Source of the DNA: a virus
IMG/VR virus record: IMGVR_UViG_3300025168_000036
Strand: one strand, 5' to 3'
Length of the DNA: 64,000 nt
Part shown: piece by piece, positions 1 through 8,660 of the stretch
How positions within the stretch are numbered: the stretch's first letter is position 1
Layout: each line of letters opens with the position of its first letter
Made by a program: the position numbers and the translations under genes
The notes under the pieces: model-generated
What the model saw: only the letters and a program-made list of their open reading frames with translations
Told to the model about the DNA's origin: nothing
The model's database searches: none

Positions 1-22
1 TCGTCAGTGTGAGTTTACTCAT
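1..22 (-). CDS. 5' end of a gene running off the left edge (MSKLTLT...)
   Basis: ATG at 22-20, downstream of a class II promoter (59-90), with an A-rich leader and no SD; only 7 codons visible. Confidence 0.45.
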
Positions 23-58
23 AATACAGTTTTTATTTGTTATTTTTTAATTATTATT

Positions 59-90
59 AATATAATAAATTTTACGCAAGAAAAAAAATT
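59..90 (-). promoter_or_regulatory. Class II (host-type/early) promoter AATTT-N21-TATATT
   Basis: Same two boxes at exactly 21 nt spacing at six intergenic sites; resembles Bacteroidota TTTG-N19-21-TAnnTTTG. Confidence 0.7.
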
Positions 91-123
91 TCTAACGTAT
101 TATTTTAGAAAGTTATTAACAAT
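73..123. repeat. 51-bp dispersed repeat, copy 1 (copy 2 at 23492-23543)
   Basis: tacgcaagaaaaaaaatttct[a/c]acgtattatttt[t]agaaagttattaacaat; one mismatch and one indel between copies. Confidence 0.9.
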
Positions 124-525
124 CTATTTTTTTACCTTAATGTAGATAATTTCGTGTACCTCTGTATCTACCCTTTTTAATCCCTCATCATTTGTTAGTA
201 GCATACAATTTCTGTAATTTTCCCAATCTACTTGGTATGTTGTATCTAATACTCCATTATTTACAGATTCAATTAATCTATTTAGTGCATTAATTGTATA
301 TAGTGTGTTTGTATTCTTCTTTCTATGTAGTGATATAGTATTTTCTAATATTGTAATATCGGTACTTGCCTCAACATTATACGTACACATTAATTCTCTT
401 GCATCATTAATATTTTTTAACACAAATACTTTATTATATAAGACATCATATGTTTTAACAACTACGTCAACAGTCTTTGTTAAAGCCTTGCTATTTGAAA
501 ATGTACATAGTAGCTGAGTTCTCAT
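124..525 (-). CDS. Conserved phage hypothetical protein
   Basis: 133 aa; start overlaps upstream stop (TAATG); LLCTF and LHRKKNTNTLYTINALN motifs recalled from related large phages. Confidence 0.8.
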   Translation of the reverse strand: MRTQLLCTFSNSKALTKTVDVVVKTYDVLYNKVFVLKNINDARELMCTYNVEASTDITILENTISLHRKKNTNTLYTINALNRLIESVNNGVLDTTYQVDWENYRNCMLLTNDEGLKRVDTEVHEIIYIKVKK

Positions 526-2576
526 TACATTATTACCTTTTTATTTTTTAGCATCCAGGCCCAACTTCTAGTTGTTGTACCTTGAACACTGAATGTAAGC
601 TTATTGTCTCCACTTGATCTGTATGCAACCTGTGTATATGTAGGGCCATCTTGTAAAAAGTCATTTAGTACATAAATACCATTATTTGTATATCCAGCTG
701 ATTGTACGTTTGATTCTATTACTAGTCCGGGCACATTCTTTGTCTTAAATTCATCTAGTATACTTGACTTTTTCTCTCTAAATTCTGCTCCAGAAAATAG
801 ATAGCTATATGCACCACTACCATCATTGCTCATATATACCTTATATATAGGAAGGTTTGTTGAGCCAAAATGCATTTCCTTTTCTAGTTCTACAAAGTCT
901 TCTAAGATTTTTGATGCAGTTTTTATATTTCCAGACTGGTTAGACATCATTGTCTTCATAGTATCATAGGCTAAAAAGTTTACCATAAATTTTATTACAG
1001 TATTTGCACCTGGATTACCTTTTGGTAGTGAAGCTGGTGTAGGTGGGTTTGAGCCAGGTGTTTTTGTTATACCATTACTAGGATTAACCTTTCCAGTTAC
1101 ATCTTTATAGGCTTTTACAGCATGATTAACAACACCTTTATATCTTTTTGTATTTCCTTGATGGTACTCATTTGTGACAGCTTGAGAGAATGACCAAGGG
1201 TTTAGCGAAGGAGCTTTTGCTTCCATTAATGTTTTCTCAAACCCCTTGCCTAACTTTTTTATTAAACTGTCAATAGGTTTAGTATTTGTCTTTTTTAGTG
1301 CAGACAATATTGATGAACTAAACCCTTTTAGTCTACCTCTAACTGCTGATATTGCTGATTGGTATTTATCTTTTAGGTATTCAAGACCTTTTTTGAAATA
1401 ATCTTTTAATCCTTCATTTAATAAAAATTCACTATTTTCATATCTGCCAATATCCTCAAACATAAATTTAACAGCGTCACTCCACTTTGGAAGTCCGTAT
1501 CTTGCTTTAACTAAGCCAGTAACTCTACCTAATTGTGCACCTGATGCTGATTTTTTATTACTTATCTGCCAGAATACGTCTCCAGAAGATGTTGTACATT
1601 TTCCATCACTTGTATATGTTACTTCGTCTTTTGCTATATTTTTTATTAATGAATCTGGACTACCTTTAACTATAATGCAGTCTGGTGTTGGTACCTTTCC
1701 TCCAGCTTTTGAATCAGCTAATTTTGGATTTGAATTATGAGCTGTATAGTATGTGTCAATCTTTTTATGAATAAAGTTCCAGCCTATACAACCTTTGTCA
1801 CTAGCAAACTTATGAGTTCCGTTAGCTAATTCAAGTGCCATAATTAGATCTGGGATACTACCTTCTATTCCAGAAGCTACTAAGCTTCCTGCTCTCATCT
1901 CACTACTTCCTAGTGCAGACTTCATATCCTTTATTGCATCCTTTTGAGCCTTAGCAGCTACCTTTTCGTTACCACTTAGCATTGCATTAATATATGGTTG
2001 AGGATTAAAACTAAGGCCTGCCAATGCTGCAGATTCAAGTGTTGTATCTTTCCACTTTACACCTGCTTTATCATCACCATAGTGGCTAAACTTATTACCT
2101 ATTGTATCAGCTTTTCCTACTATCTTCCAAACATTTGTGCCATCAGTTAAATATACCTCCGTAGTTCCTGAGCCAGCAGTTCCTATGTTTTCTTCTGGTA
2201 CATCTTGTGGTTTTGCTTTTTTTATTATTTTAGGTATTTTTCCAAATCTTTTTGTCCACCATCCAATGTCCTTATCCTTAAGAATCACTTGGTGGCCTAC
2301 TGGATATTCACTTTTGAAAATTGAAGCTTCAGTTATTAACTCATCTTTGCTTAGTGATCTTCCAATCTCTACACAAAACCTTTGAAAGTCTTCTACGCCG
2401 TTATTGGGGTTCTGTAGATTGGCTATTATATTGTCGACGTCACTATTTGAGCAATTAAAACCACTCAAGACTTCAGAGAGTATTCTTATATGCTCTTTAT
2501 TGCTAGGGTCTGGGCATCCGTTCTTAACTCTATAAGCCCATTCACTTACTATTTTATTAATACTAATCTTTGTCAT
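525..2576 (-). CDS. Large hypothetical protein, possible processed internal head protein
   Basis: Long Lys-rich ORF; likely start MTKISINKIVSEWAYR at 2576, which shortens the overlap with the upstream ORF; internal LITE, LLNE, LMEA sites. Confidence 0.75.
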   Translation of the reverse strand: MTKISINKIVSEWAYRVKNGCPDPSNKEHIRILSEVLSGFNCSNSDVDNIIANLQNPNNGVEDFQRFCVEIGRSLSKDELITEASIFKSEYPVGHQVILKDKDIGWWTKRFGKIPKIIKKAKPQDVPEENIGTAGSGTTEVYLTDGTNVWKIVGKADTIGNKFSHYGDDKAGVKWKDTTLESAALAGLSFNPQPYINAMLSGNEKVAAKAQKDAIKDMKSALGSSEMRAGSLVASGIEGSIPDLIMALELANGTHKFASDKGCIGWNFIHKKIDTYYTAHNSNPKLADSKAGGKVPTPDCIIVKGSPDSLIKNIAKDEVTYTSDGKCTTSSGDVFWQISNKKSASGAQLGRVTGLVKARYGLPKWSDAVKFMFEDIGRYENSEFLLNEGLKDYFKKGLEYLKDKYQSAISAVRGRLKGFSSSILSALKKTNTKPIDSLIKKLGKGFEKTLMEAKAPSLNPWSFSQAVTNEYHQGNTKRYKGVVNHAVKAYKDVTGKVNPSNGITKTPGSNPPTPASLPKGNPGANTVIKFMVNFLAYDTMKTMMSNQSGNIKTASKILEDFVELEKEMHFGSTNLPIYKVYMSNDGSGAYSYLFSGAEFREKKSSILDEFKTKNVPGLVIESNVQSAGYTNNGIYVLNDFLQDGPTYTQVAYRSSGDNKLTFSVQGTTTRSWAWMLKNKKVIM

Positions 2577-2766
2577 AATCAACTTGGCCAAAAGCCCATA
2601 TATATGCATCCTGAGCAGTTCTAAAGCCACCTTCAGTCAGTTCAGGCATCCATTCACTATTCTTTCTCTTATATATTGCAACTACCCACTCATCATTTTT
2701 TGTGTCAATTGAAGGTGTTACTTCTATCCAAAGGTTCTTGTTTAATATGTTAAATAACTTTTCCAT
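2563..2766 (-). CDS. Hypothetical protein, 67 aa
   Basis: Fills the gap between polymerase and the large ORF; GATATTTATA motif 4 nt upstream. Confidence 0.65.
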   Translation of the reverse strand: MEKLFNILNKNLWIEVTPSIDTKNDEWVVAIYKRKNSEWMPELTEGGFRTAQDAYIWAFGQVDYDKD

Positions 2767-3800
2767 TAAATATAAATATCAGTTAAGCTTCCGTAATTAC
2801 TACCTACTAGTGTTTTTACTGGTAACTCCATTGCCTTTTCTATTTCTTTTAGTTTACAAATCTCATCTGGATGCATATCAAATACTAATGCATCATAGAT
2901 ATAAAGAATTATTTTAGACTTATTAATAATCTTAGAAACATTACTAATTATTTCTGTATTAAATTCAGTCTCATATGCCTGAATTACATAGTTAAAAAGT
3001 TTTTGTGGAGTTGTTTTTCCTAGATTTGCCCTATAAAACCTTTTACCTTTTGGTGTCTTAATATAACCTTTGTTAATATAAATATCCCATAGCTTAGAAA
3101 TATATTCGTCTGTCTTAGAAAAGAATTTTATGTGTCTGTATTCATCTGGTAGTCCACCATATAGAATTCTAAATGTTATCTTTTTAGATTCAGAGTATTG
3201 ATCATCAGTTAAATTGTCAGAACTAAAGTATTGTTTTCCTAGATATTTATGAAAACTTTCATCTGGTGTCTTATAATCTATTATTTTTGCAATTAACCTT
3301 AGATGGAATGCATCGTAGTCCATTTCAACTATCTTTCCATTATCAAATCTAGAGATGTATTTGTCTCTTGACCCATCTTCCTTATTTAATGCTGCATAGT
3401 TAATTCCGTTATTACTGTTTGAAGGCCTTCCTGTTGTTGTGAATAAATTAAATCTTGACTTTTCATATTCACCTGCAACAGTATATAATTTATTTGTCTC
3501 TATACCTCTAAACGTTGGTATTATTTTATTCTTGTAAAAATTAAAGATATCGGTAGCTGCTCCATCAATATTATATAACTCGTTATACTTTTCATTCAAC
3601 AGTGACAATCTCTCCATGTGTTTTCCACGTGGAATTATACTGTCTATGTCATTTCTATTTGGATACAGTCTTTCATAGAATCTGTGAGCTGATGTTGTTA
3701 TCTTGTCTACATCTATGCTGCTATTATTTTTAAGGTAGTATAATAGTGAAATTTCATCTTTCAGTCTATTACACTCTTCTATTACATCTTTTACTTTCAT
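2766..3800 (-). CDS. Family A DNA polymerase, polymerase domain only
   Basis: TTTGRPSN; motif A DYDAFHLRLIA; motif B KKITFRILYG; NYVIQA; motif C YIYDALVFD; only 344 aa. Confidence 0.85.
   Translation of the reverse strand: MKVKDVIEECNRLKDEISLLYYLKNNSSIDVDKITTSAHRFYERLYPNRNDIDSIIPRGKHMERLSLLNEKYNELYNIDGAATDIFNFYKNKIIPTFRGIETNKLYTVAGEYEKSRFNLFTTTGRPSNSNNGINYAALNKEDGSRDKYISRFDNGKIVEMDYDAFHLRLIAKIIDYKTPDESFHKYLGKQYFSSDNLTDDQYSESKKITFRILYGGLPDEYRHIKFFSKTDEYISKLWDIYINKGYIKTPKGKRFYRANLGKTTPQKLFNYVIQAYETEFNTEIISNVSKIINKSKIILYIYDALVFDMHPDEICKLKEIEKAMELPVKTLVGSNYGSLTDIYI
2771..2780 (-). promoter_or_regulatory. Class I (putative late) promoter GATATTTATA
   Basis: Recurrent motif, 4 nt before ATG 2766, inside the 3' end of the polymerase gene. 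Confidence 0.6.
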
Positions 3801-3808
3801 ACAGTCTT

Positions 3809-3840
3809 AATATAATAAAAAAAGCTTAAATAAAAAAATT
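3809..3840 (-). promoter_or_regulatory. Class II promoter of the polymerase gene
   Basis: AATTT(3840-3836)-N21-TATATT(3814-3809), 8 nt before ATG. Confidence 0.7.
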
Positions 3841-4729
3841 AATATGACGAAGTGTTTCCTCCACCGCCAGTTGATGCATCTGGACTAGTTGCTGGAGATT
3901 CCTGAACCATACTGTTATAATTATTAGTGTCATTCTGAGTGCTTGGAGTATAAGATACACTTTTTACCTTAATATCAAGGTCTTTAACTGATATTAGCTT
4001 GTCATGAGCTTTATCTGAGTGCTTTGCACCAACCATTGCGCCTTTTGAGCTGTGTATGTGATAATATCCTACATAGTCTTGCCCATTTGGCCTCTTAAAT
4101 TCAGACCCATTTGTATATAAGTAGCTTTTTACACTATCTGTGCTTTTTTCAACTGTATACTCTGTATAGTTTTCATCTATTACATCCATTATACCTGGGC
4201 ACCTATTATTCGCTATCATTGTATATCTTTCGTTTACCTTAGATACATCCCTCTTCATTTGCCCTAGCTCCATAGACTTTACTTTCATAAGTACGCTATC
4301 ATTTGTTAAGTCTAATAGCAGATCTAACCTTTCAACAGATAGATGCCACTTTATTGCTGCAGTACTATATAGGCCTGGAGAGTCTGCTGACTTTTCCTTG
4401 ACTGTTGCTAAGGTATCTTTATCTACTTCAGTTGGTAAGCTATCATATCTTTTTACAAAATATCTCATAAAAAAGCCTTTTTTATAATCATCTTCAGAAG
4501 GTGGATTTTGTTTACTTTCAATTCTAGTATTTGCAATTAATTTAATTTGATTTGCCATTAGCTCATTATATGTAAATGTCTCAGATGTTGTTGCATATCC
4601 TGGAGAGCCATCTTGCTTTTCAGATTCTTGTTCTTGTACTGCTCCAGACTCAACATCTTGTTCATCTTCTACTTGTGCTCTTCCACCTAAGCTAGGTAAG
4701 GGCTTAATAAGTCTGTTAATAAATGCCAT
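3839..4729 (-). CDS. Hypothetical protein at the end of the baseplate operon
   Basis: 296 aa ORF with AGGAG SD. Confidence 0.8.
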   Translation of the reverse strand: MAFINRLIKPLPSLGGRAQVEDEQDVESGAVQEQESEKQDGSPGYATTSETFTYNELMANQIKLIANTRIESKQNPPSEDDYKKGFFMRYFVKRYDSLPTEVDKDTLATVKEKSADSPGLYSTAAIKWHLSVERLDLLLDLTNDSVLMKVKSMELGQMKRDVSKVNERYTMIANNRCPGIMDVIDENYTEYTVEKSTDSVKSYLYTNGSEFKRPNGQDYVGYYHIHSSKGAMVGAKHSDKAHDKLISVKDLDIKVKSVSYTPSTQNDTNNYNSMVQESPATSPDASTGGGGNTSSY

Positions 4730-4738
4730 AATCTTCTC

Positions 4739-7700
4739 CTAGGTTTTAAGTACCATATCACCTTCATCAAATAGTGCAAATGGAATTCCAATCTTTTTTG
4801 GTTTTGTTTTACTTTTTGAGTTTTTACTAGACACAGCTGCTGTCCATCTTAAAAAGTCTGAGTTATTTAGAAATACCTGGCAACCCCAAGAATAGTTTCC
4901 TACCCTAGATGCCTGACCTGTTGGGTGTGATCTGTGCAAGTTTATTCCAAAATAACCTGTTGTTAGTGTAGTTGAGTTAAGATCATGTTTGTTATCTAGT
5001 GTTGCATCTCTATATACTGTTACACTACCTGCCCTTTGCGACCCAGCTAAGTGGCCAGACTTTTTAGATCTATTATGCCAATCATAAGTGTGAGAGTAAT
5101 ACATTCCCGGCTTTAATATTGCCCAACCTCCTGATTTATGTAGGGAATTTGGCTTTGTCAATACACTTGATCCAGGAAGGGTTGTGCATGCATGAGCTTC
5201 GAATACTTTCTTTCCGTCCTCAATATATGCATGACAGAACCAATCAATGAAGCCCATCCCATCTTTCCTTTTACCAGTTGTACCATGCCTTTCAAAGTTA
5301 TTAACTCTAATAGCACCAGAGTTTACTTCGCCATTTGTCATCCATGTATAGCCTTTCTTTTTCCATGTTTTTTCAAATGAATCATAATTAAGATAGTCTT
5401 CAGCTTTACCTTTTGCTACTGGTGGATTATAATCACCTGGAGGACTAGTTGCTGTCCTTTTGTGCGTTACTGGAGTAGTTGTCTTAATGACATTTGCAGA
5501 TCTTTTTGGAACTTGTGCATTTGTCATCCTCATAAGTGTAGTTACTGATGTCTTCCAAGATTCTCTTCCTATTGAATGGTCGACCTTTGCAACTTGAAAA
5601 AGTGCTGAGTTATGATATCTATCTGGTAGTATTCCCCCTTTTGATACCGGTGCACAACTAATTGCATTACCCATTAAAAACCCAGAGATTCCTTCAATAT
5701 CAAATGACAACTCTATTGGCATTAGTGTTGATGTAGATTCTTGCCCCTCACCAAAATTCATTTCCTGAGAGATATACTCCTTTAGATTTGTAGCTGCAGT
5801 TCTTTGATCAGTTTGATTTCCTGTTATTACTGAGTACCAGTATGAATAGCACCACTGTTTATATTTTAGATCTGCCGGTATTGTTCCTGCACCACCTGTT
5901 ATTGCTAGTGCAGCTTTATAGTCTTCTAAATCACCAGCAGACCACTTTAAGAATCCTTTCTCTTCTAGCTCATCTACCTTCTTAGCTGCTTTATCATACT
6001 TTTCTTTCTCCTCTTTCTCAGTAAGACCAGGGCCTTCTTTCCACTCCTTCCTTGCCTTTCTTGTAAACCTGTCTTCTACTCCAATACCATACATCTTAAA
6101 TAGTACACTATCTTCATTTGTAGTATTATCTGGTTCAGTTGCTGTCATAGCACACATTGCTGCATTCTTAACTGCATCTGGAAGCTTAGATGTCATCTGT
6201 ACATTTGTAAGTATTGTTTGTGCACTATTCGCTTTTAATTGATATACCTTTAGCTTTTTCTTTACTATCTCTTTTAATCCTGGGGCCAAGTTATTATCAG
6301 TAACTTGTATTAATCCATTGTCATTTGGATTTGCCTTTATAGTAAAGTCCCACACATTACCACATGCATTATTAGCACCTTCTAGTAGTGCTTTAAGAAA
6401 GTTATCCATAGAGGGATTATTTCTATATGTCTCTGCAACAAATTGTGTATTGAACATTATGTTCCTAATATATCCTTCATTACATTTACTATTAGCAGAA
6501 AAAGTATCAAATTCATCTCTGTCATATCTATTTCTTGACCATGACAAAGCACCTGTTGTGCCCGATTGATAAAAGCCTGAAGTCCCTTTAGTTAAGCCGT
6601 TCCCGACACTTGTTGCCCAAAAGCCAAATGCAGCTGCATTACTCCAGTCATCTTCTCTTCCACTACAAGCTTCCATTACTAATTTTTCCATCTCATCTGT
6701 TGTACATGGAAAACCTTGCTGGCCTGGAAGCATACACACATCTGGATTTGTTGATCTTAGGTGTGGGTGGTTAACACATTTATTGCTTAAGTATCTTTTA
6801 TTTGCATACCCAGAAGTTAATGGCTTATGAGCACTAGTATATTTAGTCCAATCACCAAATACTTCGTGTGTACTACTTAGACCTACAACGGGTAGCCCTT
6901 CGCCATTCTTTGGTATACCTATAAAGTTTATTAATATATCTTCAATAAATCTATAACTTATCCATGTTCCTATTTTATTACAACTTATTATTTTCTGTAT
7001 GTTTCCTGCATCAGTGTTTGATAATGCACCTTGATATCCGTAAGTTTGGCCATGCCAAGAATCAGTGTGTTCTACTGCTCTTATCGGACCTCTAATAATT
7101 GATCTGTCTTTGCCGGTTATTTGAGACCAATCTAAAGGCTTAGTTGTTCCAGCAATCTTTTTTGTAATAATAGGCCTGAATGTAGCAGTAGCAACCTTAT
7201 TACCTAAGTCGCCATCATTACTTTCATCTTTAACAAGAACTGGAATCTCCTTCTTCATCCCAAAAGAATATGGTGCTTGCTTTTGTATATATTTATTTCC
7301 TATATATAATTTTGTGTTTCTTTGAACTGAGCTACCATCAAAGTCCATCATTCCGTCATCACCACCTTCACCAGTCCATACACCTTTGCCACTAGAATCT
7401 TCTAGGCCAAATAAGATTGCTTCTATATCACCAATTGGCCTGTTTGATTCTGTTTCGCTGTAATTTTGATCACCTTCTCCAAATGGCCACCCGTAATTGT
7501 CCTCATATGTATCTTTTGTAGTTATTAAAGCTGCAGCCAGTTGAGCAGAGTCCATTGGAGTCGTTAACATAAGACCATTTGTACTAGTCAACTCTATAGT
7601 TATGTTATAAGCACCACCTTCATCTAGTGACCAGTCAAACTTAGTTACTAGACCTATCATTGCATCATATCTTCCAGGAGTATTATCATCACTACCTTCT

Positions 7701-8308
7701 GCTGGTACAGATTCATATAAAGAAGATACACCTAACACTTTTTTTACTATGTCTTGTTGTACATCTATCTCACCATTTCCATGATTATACTTTTTGTCAT
7801 AAAGATCTATTAGCTCACCACTAAATGTACTCCATCCCCACTGAACTAAGATTCTCATGCCTGGAACCATATAGTATTTTTCTATTATTTCCAGATCATC
7901 TTTTCTAAAAGCTTTTAGCTTTAGCGATCCATATCTTATAGAACCTAAGCCACCTTTTGAATCAACACTTAGCTCAGACACACCTGCTTTTGGTAGATAT
8001 CTAGCCTTGCCTCCATAATACATAAACTTTGATTCTCGTGTATTTGCAAATCCAGTACGCTTGTTTGCTAATTTCTCAAAGCTTGAATGAGCTTGCCAAT
8101 CACCTTGCAACTGGTATTGAGACCCATTTATTCCCCCTACTAATGCATTTGATGATACTGTAATAAAAGGCGTTCTTGAGTGTATCTCTTTTAGTGTTTC
8201 AGTAGACCTTCCATCTCCCCATACACTTTCATATTTTGAAACTAATTGTGAAACATTTGGGTGTAAAGGATCTAGTGTTATTCCTCTATGGCTAGCTTTT
8301 ACAGACAT
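4739..8308 (-). CDS. Baseplate hub-like protein with a C-terminal putative peptidoglycan-active (YkuD/L,D-transpeptidase-like) domain
   Basis: 1189 aa; follows tape measure, tube initiator and LysM-type genes; C-terminal GINLHR...NYSWGCQ matches H-x(14-17)-[ST]xGC. Confidence 0.7.
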   Translation of the reverse strand: MSVKASHRGITLDPLHPNVSQLVSKYESVWGDGRSTETLKEIHSRTPFITVSSNALVGGINGSQYQLQGDWQAHSSFEKLANKRTGFANTRESKFMYYGGKARYLPKAGVSELSVDSKGGLGSIRYGSLKLKAFRKDDLEIIEKYYMVPGMRILVQWGWSTFSGELIDLYDKKYNHGNGEIDVQQDIVKKVLGVSSLYESVPAEGSDDNTPGRYDAMIGLVTKFDWSLDEGGAYNITIELTSTNGLMLTTPMDSAQLAAALITTKDTYEDNYGWPFGEGDQNYSETESNRPIGDIEAILFGLEDSSGKGVWTGEGGDDGMMDFDGSSVQRNTKLYIGNKYIQKQAPYSFGMKKEIPVLVKDESNDGDLGNKVATATFRPIITKKIAGTTKPLDWSQITGKDRSIIRGPIRAVEHTDSWHGQTYGYQGALSNTDAGNIQKIISCNKIGTWISYRFIEDILINFIGIPKNGEGLPVVGLSSTHEVFGDWTKYTSAHKPLTSGYANKRYLSNKCVNHPHLRSTNPDVCMLPGQQGFPCTTDEMEKLVMEACSGREDDWSNAAAFGFWATSVGNGLTKGTSGFYQSGTTGALSWSRNRYDRDEFDTFSANSKCNEGYIRNIMFNTQFVAETYRNNPSMDNFLKALLEGANNACGNVWDFTIKANPNDNGLIQVTDNNLAPGLKEIVKKKLKVYQLKANSAQTILTNVQMTSKLPDAVKNAAMCAMTATEPDNTTNEDSVLFKMYGIGVEDRFTRKARKEWKEGPGLTEKEEKEKYDKAAKKVDELEEKGFLKWSAGDLEDYKAALAITGGAGTIPADLKYKQWCYSYWYSVITGNQTDQRTAATNLKEYISQEMNFGEGQESTSTLMPIELSFDIEGISGFLMGNAISCAPVSKGGILPDRYHNSALFQVAKVDHSIGRESWKTSVTTLMRMTNAQVPKRSANVIKTTTPVTHKRTATSPPGDYNPPVAKGKAEDYLNYDSFEKTWKKKGYTWMTNGEVNSGAIRVNNFERHGTTGKRKDGMGFIDWFCHAYIEDGKKVFEAHACTTLPGSSVLTKPNSLHKSGGWAILKPGMYYSHTYDWHNRSKKSGHLAGSQRAGSVTVYRDATLDNKHDLNSTTLTTGYFGINLHRSHPTGQASRVGNYSWGCQVFLNNSDFLRWTAAVSSKNSKSKTKPKKIGIPFALFDEGDMVLKT

Positions 8309-8658
8309 TAATAAGCTCCTCCTCCAAGTCCATCAGGCAAACCGCCTCCACTCTCAGACTTTATGTCAAATGTAGACTTATCTATAGAATCCATAAATCC
8401 TATACCTGATGCTGGAATTCTTATTCTTTTACCAGTAGGTACTACTACTGAGCCATTAACCATCTCATTTGATACTGCAATTATCCACCAAAGATTTCTA
8501 TCACCATAATACTTATGTGCTAATAGATCTAATCTATCATACTTTTTTGCTATTATATATAGATCATTACTACCAGGTGGTATAGACTGAAAGTGTGTTG
8601 TTTCAAATTTGCTTTTGCCTGAAACTTGACTTGTATTTTTATATCTTTTATTTGCCAT
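8308..8658 (-). CDS. LysM-type baseplate protein (T4 gp53 / P2 X-like)
   Basis: DRLDLLAHKYYGDRNLWWIIAVSN...GKRIRIP signature and gene order. Confidence 0.85.
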   Translation of the reverse strand: MANKRYKNTSQVSGKSKFETTHFQSIPPGSNDLYIIAKKYDRLDLLAHKYYGDRNLWWIIAVSNEMVNGSVVVPTGKRIRIPASGIGFMDSIDKSTFDIKSESGGGLPDGLGGGAY

Positions 8659-8660
8659 AA

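Noticed and set aside
2577-2630. ORF-track starts at 2630, 25753, 26403 and 45259
   Set aside because: Downstream ATGs (2576, 25729, 26391, 45202) give coupled or smaller overlaps and more plausible N-termini
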